Shown here: positions 17,423-26,984 of the stretch, piece after piece | How the letters are laid out: the number at the start of each line of letters is the position of its first letter | Numbering within the stretch: position 1 is the stretch's first letter | Assembly: GCA_021734245.1 (NCBI GenBank) | Contig: JAIPJH010000005.1 | Location: 2,606-66,605, forward strand | Direction of reading: 5' to 3' | Length of the DNA stretch: 64,000 bases | From: Candidatus Cloacimonadota bacterium | GTDB lineage: Bacteria; Cloacimonadota; Cloacimonadia; Cloacimonadales; TCS61 | Notes under the pieces: model-generated | The model's database searches: none | The model's input: the letters and a program-made list of their open reading frames with translations, nothing else | Told to the model about the DNA's origin: nothing | Position numbers and translations under genes: made by a program

Positions 17423-19663
17423 ATGAAAAAGTTGTTTATGGTTTTTTTTATTATATCCATTTTTTTATTAAATGCAGCTCCCACGACTCTAAATGAAGCA
17501 AGACAGAAAGCTGAAGAATTTTTAATAGTGAAAAATGTGACAAATCAAATTGATCAAATCGAGCAATTTACAAATAATCGAAATGTGAATATTGCTTTTC
17601 TGGCAAATTTATCTCCGCAAGGTTTCGTTTTGGTTTCGGCAGATAATGAAATCCATCCGATCCTGGCCTATTCTTTTTTGAACGATTTTACATCCGATCC
17701 AAATGAATTGGAAATTATGAAATACTGGCTGGGAAAAGTTACAGATTCGTATCTTGAAAAGTTAGATATGCAATTCAAGCAGAAGAACCAGCAGAAATGG
17801 AATAATATGCTGAGTACGGGAACACGTTTTGAACAATGGCCGCCAGCTGGAACGACACCAACAGGAGGCTGGCTGGAAACCAACTGGACTCAAAGTTATC
17901 CTTACAATCAGTTTTGTCCGATCGACCCTCAAAATTCTCAGCGTTGTGTAGCTGGTTGTCCTTCTATTGTCATGTCACAAATTTTGAATTTTCATCGTGA
18001 AATAAATCATACTCAACTTTCGGACGATGATGATTATCACATGTATAGTTCGGGAGCAAATAATTACATCATCGATGATGACAACCATGATCATGGATTT
18101 CTTTCCTATCCGGAATTGAACAATTATTTGAATCAGATTGAGGATGTTTATTCTGGCGAGGAATATCTTACTCCCGAACAATCTGCTGCTCTCGTTTTCG
18201 CTTGTGGTGCTGCCATCAAACAATCTTATGCTTCCAATATTTCAGGAAATTATTATGATCAACAGATCATCAATGCTTTTCGCAGATTCGGTTTTTATAC
18301 AACCGATCTATTGTGGGAAGATGAACCTCATGTTTTCAAAAGATTAGCAGAAAACATGAAAGCGGCTCTTCCTGCCAGGTTGGGAATTCTGGCTCCGACG
18401 GCTGGACATCAAATTGTTGTGGATGGCTACAACACGGATGAAGAATATCATTTCAATTTTGGCTGGGGCGGCGGATATAACGGCTGGTACAGTTTCCCGC
18501 TCAGTGGAATGCCGTATCAATTGAATATGTTCGGTTCGGTAGATATCGATATCAATCAAACCTGGCAGAATTGCCCTGATTTTAACATTATTTCTCCGGA
18601 AGCTGGAACTGTTTTCAATACAGAATCAAATATGACGATACAAATTGAAGAAACTGGAATCACAGCAATTGATTCGATTGATTATTTTGTGGATAATGAT
18701 TTGATTCAAACCGGTTTATACCCGATTGGCTGCAGTTTCGATCTGAGTATGCTGGGAAATGGAAATCATAAAATAACTGTGATAGCATATGCAGAAGATA
18801 ATAAGCTACGTGCGAAATCAGTGGATTTCGAAATCACCCGGGGAAATGTGATTTTTGAAGAAAATTTCGATGGCAGCTGGGAAAACAATTGGGAATTGAA
18901 TACCACCAATCCCGACTTTACCTGGCAAATTCTGGAAAACTCTCTGGAAAGTTTTTCTGAAACCAATAGCAACAGCACACATTCTGCCACTTCTCTCGTA
19001 GCTTATGCCAATTTGAACGAAGTAATGATCTCACCGGAAATTCAACTTCCTGTTGCAGATTATTTGGACTGGAATTTTTATGTTGGTTTTTGTGATCGTT
19101 ATCCCAATTACCCCGGAATTACGGCTTCCATTTCCAATGATGATGGAACTTCCTGGACCGACTTGTGGCAAACTGCAAACATAGGTTTGGAAGAATGGAC
19201 CTGGAAATATGTTTCGCTGGATCTTACAAACTATATAGGACAAACTGTAAAAATAAAATATACCTGTTCCGGATTCAGTTATGCTGATGTTTCCATCGAT
19301 GGAATTCGTATTATAGAGCCACAGGAAGTTCAGGCACAGAACAATCTCGTTGAGCCGCAAATTGAACTGACCAATTACCCAAATCCTTTCAATCCATCCA
19401 CTACAATCAGCTTCAATGTAACGCAAACGTCCTCGTTTGCGACCATCGGAATTTACAACTTAAAAAGCCAGAAAGTAAAGACTCTGCCTGTCATTCTGAG
19501 TGATGCGCAGCATTGTATCGAAGAATGTGGCAAGCCACTTAGTTATTCTGTAGTTTGGAATGGTGATGACAATTACGGAAATCCTGTTTCATCAGGAATC
19601 TACTTCGCAAGATTAAAATCGGGAAAATACTCGAAATCCTGCAAAATGTTATTGATGAAATAA
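17423..19663 (+). CDS. C10 family (streptopain-like) cysteine peptidase, T9SS cargo
   Basis: Propeptide-like PILAYS, NWTQSYPYNQFCP, catalytic AGCPSIVMSQIL and GHQIVVDGY, and FNFGWGG. C-terminal sorting domain NYPNPFNPSTTISF...SGIYFARL. Confidence 0.85.
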   Translation: MKKLFMVFFIISIFLLNAAPTTLNEARQKAEEFLIVKNVTNQIDQIEQFTNNRNVNIAFLANLSPQGFVLVSADNEIHPILAYSFLNDFTSDPNELEIMKYWLGKVTDSYLEKLDMQFKQKNQQKWNNMLSTGTRFEQWPPAGTTPTGGWLETNWTQSYPYNQFCPIDPQNSQRCVAGCPSIVMSQILNFHREINHTQLSDDDDYHMYSSGANNYIIDDDNHDHGFLSYPELNNYLNQIEDVYSGEEYLTPEQSAALVFACGAAIKQSYASNISGNYYDQQIINAFRRFGFYTTDLLWEDEPHVFKRLAENMKAALPARLGILAPTAGHQIVVDGYNTDEEYHFNFGWGGGYNGWYSFPLSGMPYQLNMFGSVDIDINQTWQNCPDFNIISPEAGTVFNTESNMTIQIEETGITAIDSIDYFVDNDLIQTGLYPIGCSFDLSMLGNGNHKITVIAYAEDNKLRAKSVDFEITRGNVIFEENFDGSWENNWELNTTNPDFTWQILENSLESFSETNSNSTHSATSLVAYANLNEVMISPEIQLPVADYLDWNFYVGFCDRYPNYPGITASISNDDGTSWTDLWQTANIGLEEWTWKYVSLDLTNYIGQTVKIKYTCSGFSYADVSIDGIRIIEPQEVQAQNNLVEPQIELTNYPNPFNPSTTISFNVTQTSSFATIGIYNLKSQKVKTLPVILSDAQHCIEECGKPLSYSVVWNGDDNYGNPVSSGIYFARLKSGKYSKSCKMLLMK

Positions 19664-19673
19664 ATTTATGCTT

Positions 19674-19702
19674 CCGAATGTCCGGCAAATGTCGGACATC
19701 GG
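19674..19702. terminator. hairpin between convergent genes (bidirectional terminator candidate)
   Basis: CCGA(A)TGTCCG ... CGGACATCGG stem in the 47-nt spacer between 19663 and 19711. Confidence 0.5.
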
Positions 19703-19710
19703 AGTGTTAT

Positions 19711-20106
19711 TTACTTCACTACCTCAAAACCTGCTTCCAACCAGCTTACGATTCCATTTTCCAGATCGATCACATTATCAAATTCCAGCTGTTTCATTAT
19801 CTGTAGTGCTTGTGAAGTTCTATTTCCACTGCGGCAATAGATGAGGTATGTTTTACTTTTAGCCATTTCATTCAATTTTTGCACAAAATCTTTTCCATAA
19901 AAATCTATAAGTTGAGCACCTTCTATATGACCAAATTGATATTCCGGTAAAGTACGAATATCCAGTAGTGCAAAATCTGCTTCCTCCTTAATAAGTTCAT
20001 CCAACCTGGATTTGAAATCTTCTGCGGAATATCTTTCAAATTCTTGCGAAAAGAGAAGAGAAAGAGTCAACAGAATGAAGATCAGTGTAGAAATTCTTTT
20101 CATCAT
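19711..20106 (-). CDS. secreted rhodanese-like domain protein
   Basis: Signal peptide and the active-site loop CRSGNRTS. Confidence 0.85.
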   Translation of the reverse strand: MMKRISTLIFILLTLSLLFSQEFERYSAEDFKSRLDELIKEEADFALLDIRTLPEYQFGHIEGAQLIDFYGKDFVQKLNEMAKSKTYLIYCRSGNRTSQALQIMKQLEFDNVIDLENGIVSWLEAGFEVVK

Positions 20107-20639
20107 TTATGCTCCATTCCATGATGCATTTTATTTTCAGATTCACTTTCCATTTCTTTTCCCTCAGAAACTATCTCACCGCAATGCAACATTTTATCAC
20201 CGTAATAAGGATTCATAATTTCATCTCCCCGCTGCAGCCAGCTGCCTGGAGCCATGCTACAAAATGCCACATTCATGCCCATCGGCTGCATCATGCTGGC
20301 CCACATTGCCATCGGTTTGGAAAGCTCTTTGAAGGCTGCCCGCATTCCGTCGATAGTTTCAGCTTTACTGATCTTCTGAGCATTTATGCCGATTTTTTCC
20401 GGTAGATTTGCAAAATGCATTTTGTGTTCTTCTGGCACATTACTCACATCCAAATCTTTTGCCAGATCGGCAATTTCAGCTGCTTTTTGAGTAATCTCAT
20501 CTGTTCTATCCAAGGACAGCATTTCCTGGATATATAAGTATTTTTCAGCAATTTCATTCATCTTGCTGTCGAACATTTCGTCAGCCCCCAACAGGAAAAT
20601 CAGCACTAAAGCTGATACGAGTATTAATATTTTTTCCAT
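20103..20639 (-). CDS. DUF3347 domain protein (metal-resistance associated), Met/His-rich
   Basis: FCSMAPGSWLQRGDEIMNPYYGDKMLHCG matches the DUF3347 signature. Also has Met-rich MAMWASMMQPMGM and the tail KMHHGMEHK. Overlaps the downstream gene by 4 nt. Confidence 0.8.
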   Translation of the reverse strand: MEKILILVSALVLIFLLGADEMFDSKMNEIAEKYLYIQEMLSLDRTDEITQKAAEIADLAKDLDVSNVPEEHKMHFANLPEKIGINAQKISKAETIDGMRAAFKELSKPMAMWASMMQPMGMNVAFCSMAPGSWLQRGDEIMNPYYGDKMLHCGEIVSEGKEMESESENKMHHGMEHK

Positions 20640-20651
20640 TTTATTCTCCTT

Positions 20652-21041
20652 CTATTTTATTGAATCAAAAAGTTCTTTCAATCGGTTTTCCACATCACAA
20701 GCTACACCATCCAATTCGGGATTTTCCAGGTTGGCCATCATGGCAAATGGGCGCATAATAGCGATAACGGTTTTATCCTCTTTCTCATACACGATCATAT
20801 TACAGGGCAGCATCAATCCAATGTTTTCTTCGGTAGTAACAACCTTATAGGCACTCTGCGGATCGCATAATCCCAAAATAGTGTACTGCTTGTAATCTAT
20901 GTTCAGTTTCTCTTTGAATTTCTGCTTCAGGTCGATCTGGCTGACAATGCTGAATTTGTGCTCTTTCAGTTTTGCCAGAACAACTTCGGCAGTTTCTTCA
21001 AATGTTTTATCAAGTTCTTTATAAAATCCGTAATCTATCAT
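20652..21041 (-). CDS. DUF302 domain protein
   Basis: YTILGLCDPQSAYKV and GLMLPCNMIVYE motifs. Confidence 0.8.
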   Translation of the reverse strand: MIDYGFYKELDKTFEETAEVVLAKLKEHKFSIVSQIDLKQKFKEKLNIDYKQYTILGLCDPQSAYKVVTTEENIGLMLPCNMIVYEKEDKTVIAIMRPFAMMANLENPELDGVACDVENRLKELFDSIK

Positions 21042-21178
21042 TCTTCCTCCAAATTTTTACTTTACCAAAGCTTCTATCAAATAATCCTTTTCCATGCTTT
21101 GGGAAAGTTTTTTCATTATACAACCAAGATTCTTTGTTAGACATTCCTTGGCAGAATTTTTCGGAATGAAATTTTTCA

Positions 21179-24100
21179 TCACACTTTCTCTTTCTTCATA
21201 AGATGTCTTTTCCACAGGAAATAGATCGTTGGCAAAATCACTAATGTCATCACAGCAGAAGAGATGAGCCCTCCCACCATGGGAGCAGCAATTCTTTTCA
21301 TCACTCTGATTCCGGTACTGGTTCCAAACATGATCGGCAGAAGACCGATCACATCGGTAGAAACTGTCATCAGGATCGGCCGCACTCTTTCGGCAGAACC
21401 CTGCATCACGATTTGTTTCAGATCGGAAATAGTTTTCAATTTACCTTCTCTTTTCCAGCGATTATATGCTTCATCCAGGTAAACCAGCAGCACAACTCCA
21501 TTTTCCGCGGCTAATCCCGCTAAAGCAATAAAACCGACACCCACAGCCACCGAAATATTATAATCATTAAAATACATCAGCCAAATTCCACCCACCAGTG
21601 CAAAAGGCACTGTGATCATCATAATAAAGCTTTCTGTTACGCTTTTAAAATTCATGAACAAGATCAGGAAGATGAGAGCCAGAGTAATTGGAATAACAAT
21701 TCTGAGTCGTTTGGCAGCTCGTTCCATATACTCAAATTGACCTGACCAGATCAGGGAAACACCACTGGGGATTTCCACATGATTAGCTATGAGTTCTTTT
21801 GCTTCTTTCACGAAACCGCCTACATCTGATGTTTTTAGATCTACAAAGATCCAGGCTGTACGCCGGGCATTTTCACTTTTGATCATGGGCGGACCTTTCA
21901 CGATCTCGATTTCAGCCAGTTGACCCAATGGAACTGCATAACCCATTGGGCTGGTTATTGTGAGTCGATTTAAAGCGTCGATGTTATTTCTGAGATCTCT
22001 TGGATAACGCACATTTATAGGATAGCGTTCCAAGCCTTCTACTGTGTAACTTACATTCATTCCACCCAGAGCACTTTTTATCACATCCTGCACATCACCG
22101 ATAGTTAATCCTTCGATCGCCACTTTTTCTCTATCTATCATGATATCAATAAAATTTCCACCAGTTACACGCTCCGAATAGGCGGAAGTTACTTCCGGCA
22201 TCGGACGCAACAAAGCTTCGATCTGTTCTCCAATTTCAGAAAGCTGCTGCAGATCATCTCCCATCAGTTTAATTCCTACTGGGGTTTTAATACCGGTAGC
22301 CAGCATATCGATCCTGGTTTTTATCGGCATTGTCCAGCTGTTTGTAAGACCGGGAAATTGCACCATTTCATCCAGTTCACGAATCACATCTTCGATGGTT
22401 TTTCCCTTCGGCCACTGGCTTTTATCTTTCAGGATGATCGTGGTTTCTATCATGGAAAGCGGAGCCGGATCGGTGGAAGTATCTGCTCTGCCAATTTTTC
22501 CCAGAACGTGTTCCACCTGCGGATGAGAAGCAATTATCTTATCTGTCTGCTGTAAAAGCTCTTTCGCTTTTGTAATGCTAATTCCAGGTGGTGTGGTCGG
22601 CATGTATAAAAGGTCACCTTCATTCAAAGGCGGCATAAATTCCGAACCCAACTTGCTATACGGTATATATGTCGAGAGTAAAATAATGACTGCTAAAATG
22701 ATGACCAGCCAGGGAAACCAAAGTACAAATTTGATGACAGGACGGTAAACAGCAATAAAAAATCGAGCTAAAGGATTTTTGTTTTCCGGCCTGATCTTTC
22801 CACGCACGAAGTAAAACATCAGGACGGGAATAACCGTGATTGCCAGCAGCGCTGCGGCTGCCATGGCGAAAGTTTTGGTAAATGCCAGGGGAATGAAAAG
22901 CCTGCCTTCCTGCTGTTGCAAACTGAACACTGGCATGAAACTGATTGTAACTATGAGCAGCGAAAAGAACAGTGCCGGTCCTACTTCCTTGGCAGCTATC
23001 AAAACCATTTCGTGATGCGATTTATCTTTATGCCGTTCTCGCTGTTTGTGCAGATTTTCCACCATTACAATGGAAGCATCCACCATCACACCAATGGCAA
23101 TGGCAATTCCTCCCAGGCTCATGATATTGGCCGAAATTCCCCAGATTTTCATGATAATAAAACTGATGAGAATTCCCACCGGCAAAGTGAAAATAGCCAC
23201 AAAAGCACTGCGTAAATGCAGCAGGAAGATCATCGTTACGATGGTCACAGCCAGCATCTGCAGAAATAAAGTGTTTTTAAGTGTATCGATAGAGCGTTGA
23301 ATAAGAGAAGAGCGGTCGTAGGAGGTGTGGATTTGAACACCTTCCGGCAAACCTTTTTGTAGAGATTCCAGACGAGTTTTTACACCATTTATCACATCAA
23401 CAGCATTTTCGCCATAACGCATCACGATGATACCGGTAACTGCTTCACCCTCTCCGTTGATTTCGATGATTCCGCGCCGAATTTCCGGTCCGATATGGAT
23501 ATTGGCAATCTGTGAAAGATAAATTGGTGTGCTGGATTCTTTATCCAATCCTACAGAAATTGTTTTTAAATCTTCTATCGATTGTATGTACCCTTTTCCA
23601 CGGATCATGTATTCGGTTTCACCCATTTCCAGAAGTTTACCACCAACATCATTGTTGGATCGTTTTATAGCCATGTTTACTTTCTGTAAACTTAGTCCGT
23701 ATGCCCGCAGTTTTTCCGGATCTACTTCCACCTGATATTGTTTCACATATCCACCGGCACTAGCCACTTCCGAAACTCCCGGAACCGACATCAATTCATT
23801 TTTCAGATACCAATCCTGGATCGAGCGAAGCTGCTGCAGATCGTGCCGATCTGACGTGAGTGTGTACATATAGACCCAACCAACTCCGGTTGCATCCGGC
23901 CCTAACTGAACGGAAACGTCTTCCGGCAAGCGGCTTTGAGCTACATTCAAATATTCTAATACGCGGGAACGTGCCCAGTAAATATCGGTTCCGTCCTCAA
24001 AAATAACATAAACCATGGAAAATCCAAAAAAGGAATAACCCCGCACACTTTTGGCATGAGGTACAGACAGCAACGCCGACGTAAGCGGATAAGTCACCTG

Positions 24101-24289
24101 ATCTTCCACCACCTGCGGAGCTTGTCCCGGATAATCGCTGAAAATGATAACCTGCACATCGGAAAGATCGGGAATGGCATCTACCGGAGTATTATAAATT
24201 GCCCAAATTCCTATTCCGATAACGATAGCTGTGATGATGAGAACGAACACCCGGTTATTAACAGAAAATTCTGTAATTTTATTTAACAT
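21179..24289 (-). CDS. cusA: CusA/CzcA family heavy-metal efflux RND transporter
   Basis: 1036 aa with 12-TM RND architecture and an N-terminus SVNNRVFVLIITAIVIGIGIWA...DAIPDLSDVQVII typical of the HME-RND family. The Cu/Ag assignment is inferred from neighbouring genes. Confidence 0.9.
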   Translation of the reverse strand: MLNKITEFSVNNRVFVLIITAIVIGIGIWAIYNTPVDAIPDLSDVQVIIFSDYPGQAPQVVEDQVTYPLTSALLSVPHAKSVRGYSFFGFSMVYVIFEDGTDIYWARSRVLEYLNVAQSRLPEDVSVQLGPDATGVGWVYMYTLTSDRHDLQQLRSIQDWYLKNELMSVPGVSEVASAGGYVKQYQVEVDPEKLRAYGLSLQKVNMAIKRSNNDVGGKLLEMGETEYMIRGKGYIQSIEDLKTISVGLDKESSTPIYLSQIANIHIGPEIRRGIIEINGEGEAVTGIIVMRYGENAVDVINGVKTRLESLQKGLPEGVQIHTSYDRSSLIQRSIDTLKNTLFLQMLAVTIVTMIFLLHLRSAFVAIFTLPVGILISFIIMKIWGISANIMSLGGIAIAIGVMVDASIVMVENLHKQRERHKDKSHHEMVLIAAKEVGPALFFSLLIVTISFMPVFSLQQQEGRLFIPLAFTKTFAMAAAALLAITVIPVLMFYFVRGKIRPENKNPLARFFIAVYRPVIKFVLWFPWLVIILAVIILLSTYIPYSKLGSEFMPPLNEGDLLYMPTTPPGISITKAKELLQQTDKIIASHPQVEHVLGKIGRADTSTDPAPLSMIETTIILKDKSQWPKGKTIEDVIRELDEMVQFPGLTNSWTMPIKTRIDMLATGIKTPVGIKLMGDDLQQLSEIGEQIEALLRPMPEVTSAYSERVTGGNFIDIMIDREKVAIEGLTIGDVQDVIKSALGGMNVSYTVEGLERYPINVRYPRDLRNNIDALNRLTITSPMGYAVPLGQLAEIEIVKGPPMIKSENARRTAWIFVDLKTSDVGGFVKEAKELIANHVEIPSGVSLIWSGQFEYMERAAKRLRIVIPITLALIFLILFMNFKSVTESFIMMITVPFALVGGIWLMYFNDYNISVAVGVGFIALAGLAAENGVVLLVYLDEAYNRWKREGKLKTISDLKQIVMQGSAERVRPILMTVSTDVIGLLPIMFGTSTGIRVMKRIAAPMVGGLISSAVMTLVILPTIYFLWKRHLMKKEKV

Positions 24290-24295
24290 GATTTC

Positions 24296-25660
24296 CTACT
24301 TTTCTTTCTTCACCAGATCCATTCCACAAATGGGACAATCTCCTGGCTCATGCTGAACAATCGTCGGATGCATCGGGCAGGTATAATAGAATGATTCACT
24401 TTGAGAATGATCGTGTGAACTACCCGCGGGAGTTTCCAGTTTTGCATCCAGAAGTTTTTGTACTGCTTCCCGCAATTGACTTTCCGAATCCAGCAAAAAT
24501 TGACCAGAAGTTACTACGATTTCTCCTTCCTGCAAACCGGACACAACCTGCGTGTAATATTCCAGATCATCACTCACGCCGATTTCAATTTCACGAGCTT
24601 CATAACGACCATCTCCCAAGCTGATAAATACGATTTTTCTATTTCCGGAATTGATGATCGATTCAGTAGGAATCGTCAGCACATCTAATAAAACTTCAGA
24701 ATTAATATTGAGAGTAGCAAACATGCCTGGTTTCATTTGATGGCCAAAATTATCTAATTCTATCCTGATAGTTTGGGTTCGCGTTTTTTCATTTAAGGTT
24801 GGATAAATATAATCGATTTTTCCGTGTAATTTTTTACCGTAAAAATTAGCTATGTCAATTTCAACCTTACTGTTCACTTTCAAAAATGGAATATCGAATT
24901 CATACACATCGGCCATGATCCAGATTTCATCCAGGTTTCCCAGATGGTAAAGATCTTTACCCGCTTTCACAAAAGAACCCTGCTGCATAGTTTTATGCAA
25001 AATGAAACCTGCAAAAGGTGAAGAGATCACCGGATTTTTTTGAGCATTATTTTCCTTGATAAGTGTGTCTAAATATTTATCGGAAAGATCCCACAAATTT
25101 AATCTACGCTTGGTTGAGATAGCCAGGTCACTTTCTTTTCCAAAAGTTTTCACTGTATTTAGATATTCTTCTTGAGCAGAGATCAATTCGGGTGAATATA
25201 TCTGGAAGAGAGGATCACCTTTTTTAATTTCCCGCCCGATCTCATCAGCATAAATCTCTTCGATCCAACCGGAATATTTCAGGTTTATGGAATAGCTCTT
25301 ATCATCTGCAAGCTGCACTTTTCCCACCGTGCGAATATTGCGGACAATATCTCTCCTGTCAGCATGTTCGATGCGAACTCCCATATTTTGAACCACCACC
25401 GGATCGATGGTAAGAACATTGGAATCATTGGAATTTTCTTCTGAAGTGTCAGCTTCGGAATTGCTTTGCCACACCAGGTCCATTCCACAGATCGGACAAT
25501 CTCCCGGCTCATCCTGCACTATTGTAGGATGCATCGGACAGGTGTAGTAACCTTCGGCATGTTCATGCTGATCGGTTTGTGAAACTTGTGCTTTATCGCT
25601 AGCGCTGCAACCCCAGATGAACAGTAAAGTAACTGCTAAAATCAAAATTATTTTCTTCAT
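24296..25660 (-). CDS. efflux RND periplasmic adaptor (CusB-like) with N- and C-terminal heavy-metal-binding domains
   Basis: Lipoprotein-like signal (LFIWGCS), membrane-fusion-protein core, and YYTCPMHPTIVQ(D/H)EPGDCPICGMDLV present twice. Confidence 0.85.
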   Translation of the reverse strand: MKKIILILAVTLLFIWGCSASDKAQVSQTDQHEHAEGYYTCPMHPTIVQDEPGDCPICGMDLVWQSNSEADTSEENSNDSNVLTIDPVVVQNMGVRIEHADRRDIVRNIRTVGKVQLADDKSYSINLKYSGWIEEIYADEIGREIKKGDPLFQIYSPELISAQEEYLNTVKTFGKESDLAISTKRRLNLWDLSDKYLDTLIKENNAQKNPVISSPFAGFILHKTMQQGSFVKAGKDLYHLGNLDEIWIMADVYEFDIPFLKVNSKVEIDIANFYGKKLHGKIDYIYPTLNEKTRTQTIRIELDNFGHQMKPGMFATLNINSEVLLDVLTIPTESIINSGNRKIVFISLGDGRYEAREIEIGVSDDLEYYTQVVSGLQEGEIVVTSGQFLLDSESQLREAVQKLLDAKLETPAGSSHDHSQSESFYYTCPMHPTIVQHEPGDCPICGMDLVKKEK

Positions 25661-26956
25661 TTATTTCTCCTTAAATCCGGTCAATGCTTCAATCGAAAAT
25701 TGACTTATTAAAATCTGGTTATTGGTTTTGATGAGAGTTCTTTCAAAATCCAAAATCTGCAGTTGAGCCTGATAGATCGATGAAAAATCTGCTTTGCCAT
25801 TTTCATAAGCTGCCAGTGTCATTTTCAGAGCATTCTCAGCATTAGGAATCAGGTCATTTTCATAAGTTGCCATTTTTTCATTTGCTCGCTGGTAGGAAGA
25901 TAATTCCTTTTCCAATTGAGCTGACAGCTTGGCTATAGCATCGTTGTAACTATTTTCAACAGCTTTTCGTTTGTAATTGAACATCTTGTATTTTGCCCTG
26001 GTTCTTCCCAGAAAATCGAATGGAATTGGAAAGGATATTCCCACCGAAGCAAAATCAGGGCTTTCCATTGTCCCAATATCCTGGCGATAACGATATCCAG
26101 CCCAAATTGTTAAATCAGGTAATCTGTCTCGATGAGCAAGTTTCATCTCCAATCTTTGAGTTTTTTCTTCTTGCTCCATTTTTTTTAACAGCGGTCGGTT
26201 TTGCCTGGCAGTTTCCAGAAGTTCCGTCAATTTTTCTGATATCTCTATAGTAATAAGATTATTAATTAGAATTGGTTCATTATAATTCCTATTTAGTATA
26301 GAATTCAAAGCTGCTGTAAGTTCGTTATCTTTCTGCCGAAAATCCTTCAGGTCATCCTGCAGTTTCTGCACCATAATATCCAACCTGAGCAGATCGTGTT
26401 GATTTGCTTTTCCTGTTTCATATTTAGTTTGAAGTGAAGATTTGAGCTGCAATAATAAAGTTATGTGTTTTTCAGATTTTTTTTCCAATTGCCGCACCAT
26501 TGCCAGGCTGGCATAGATTTTTTTGAACTGTCCTGCCAGCTGCAGTTTCATCTCTTCCAGTTCCCAGTTTTTAGCGGTCAGCTCTGAAGATGCTATTTCC
26601 TCTCGAAGATTATTTTTGCCGGGAAAAGGAAAGGTTTGCTGTAGTTTGAACTGGATTCCGCTCATCGGTGTTTCATCCAGCACCCAACTATCGATGGGAA
26701 CGCTGCTGTATTCTATTGCCAGCATCGGATCCATCAGTTTTTGAACTAAAGTTTCTTTTTCTTTTAGCATTTCCATTTGATTCTGCATAGCCTGAATTCC
26801 AGCATTTTGCTGCCAGATCATCTCGACCATGTTATCCAAAGGTTGCTGAGCAAAAAGAGAGAAACTTATCAATAGCATAGAAACATAGATCGCAATCATT
26901 CGCTTGCGCAAATAAATAAATTTCCAGTGCGCATCATTTTTTACTTTTCTTTTCAT
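25661..26956 (-). CDS. TolC family outer membrane efflux protein
   Basis: About 430 aa with two-fold repeated coiled-coil/beta pattern, placed first in the RND operon. The start is ambiguous (TTG 26968, ATG 26962 or 26956). Confidence 0.8.
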   Translation of the reverse strand: MKRKVKNDAHWKFIYLRKRMIAIYVSMLLISFSLFAQQPLDNMVEMIWQQNAGIQAMQNQMEMLKEKETLVQKLMDPMLAIEYSSVPIDSWVLDETPMSGIQFKLQQTFPFPGKNNLREEIASSELTAKNWELEEMKLQLAGQFKKIYASLAMVRQLEKKSEKHITLLLQLKSSLQTKYETGKANQHDLLRLDIMVQKLQDDLKDFRQKDNELTAALNSILNRNYNEPILINNLITIEISEKLTELLETARQNRPLLKKMEQEEKTQRLEMKLAHRDRLPDLTIWAGYRYRQDIGTMESPDFASVGISFPIPFDFLGRTRAKYKMFNYKRKAVENSYNDAIAKLSAQLEKELSSYQRANEKMATYENDLIPNAENALKMTLAAYENGKADFSSIYQAQLQILDFERTLIKTNNQILISQFSIEALTGFKEK

Positions 26957-26967
26957 ACCCATCTCCA

Positions 26968-26984
26968 ATACCCCCTGGGGGTAT
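26968..26984. promoter_or_regulatory. perfect 17-bp palindrome ATACCCCCTGGGGGTAT, candidate metal-repressor operator (CsoR/RcnR-type architecture)
   Basis: 8+1+8 perfect inverted repeat of C5/G5 tracts flanked by ATA/TAT, at the 5' edge of the metal efflux operon in an otherwise AT-rich spacer. Confidence 0.45.

Noticed and set aside
19422-19441. Hairpin CGCAAACG-TCCT-CGTTTGCG inside the C10 protease sorting-domain coding sequence.
   Set aside because: The loop length at the protein level is normal here. Perfect 8-bp-stem hairpins with short loops are expected several times by chance in 64 kb.
21042-21178. An internal promoter (TATAAT-like box on the minus strand) between cusA and the DUF302 gene.
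   Set aside because: There is only a -10-like hexamer with no convincing -35 element. This cannot be distinguished from chance in AT-rich DNA without transcript data.
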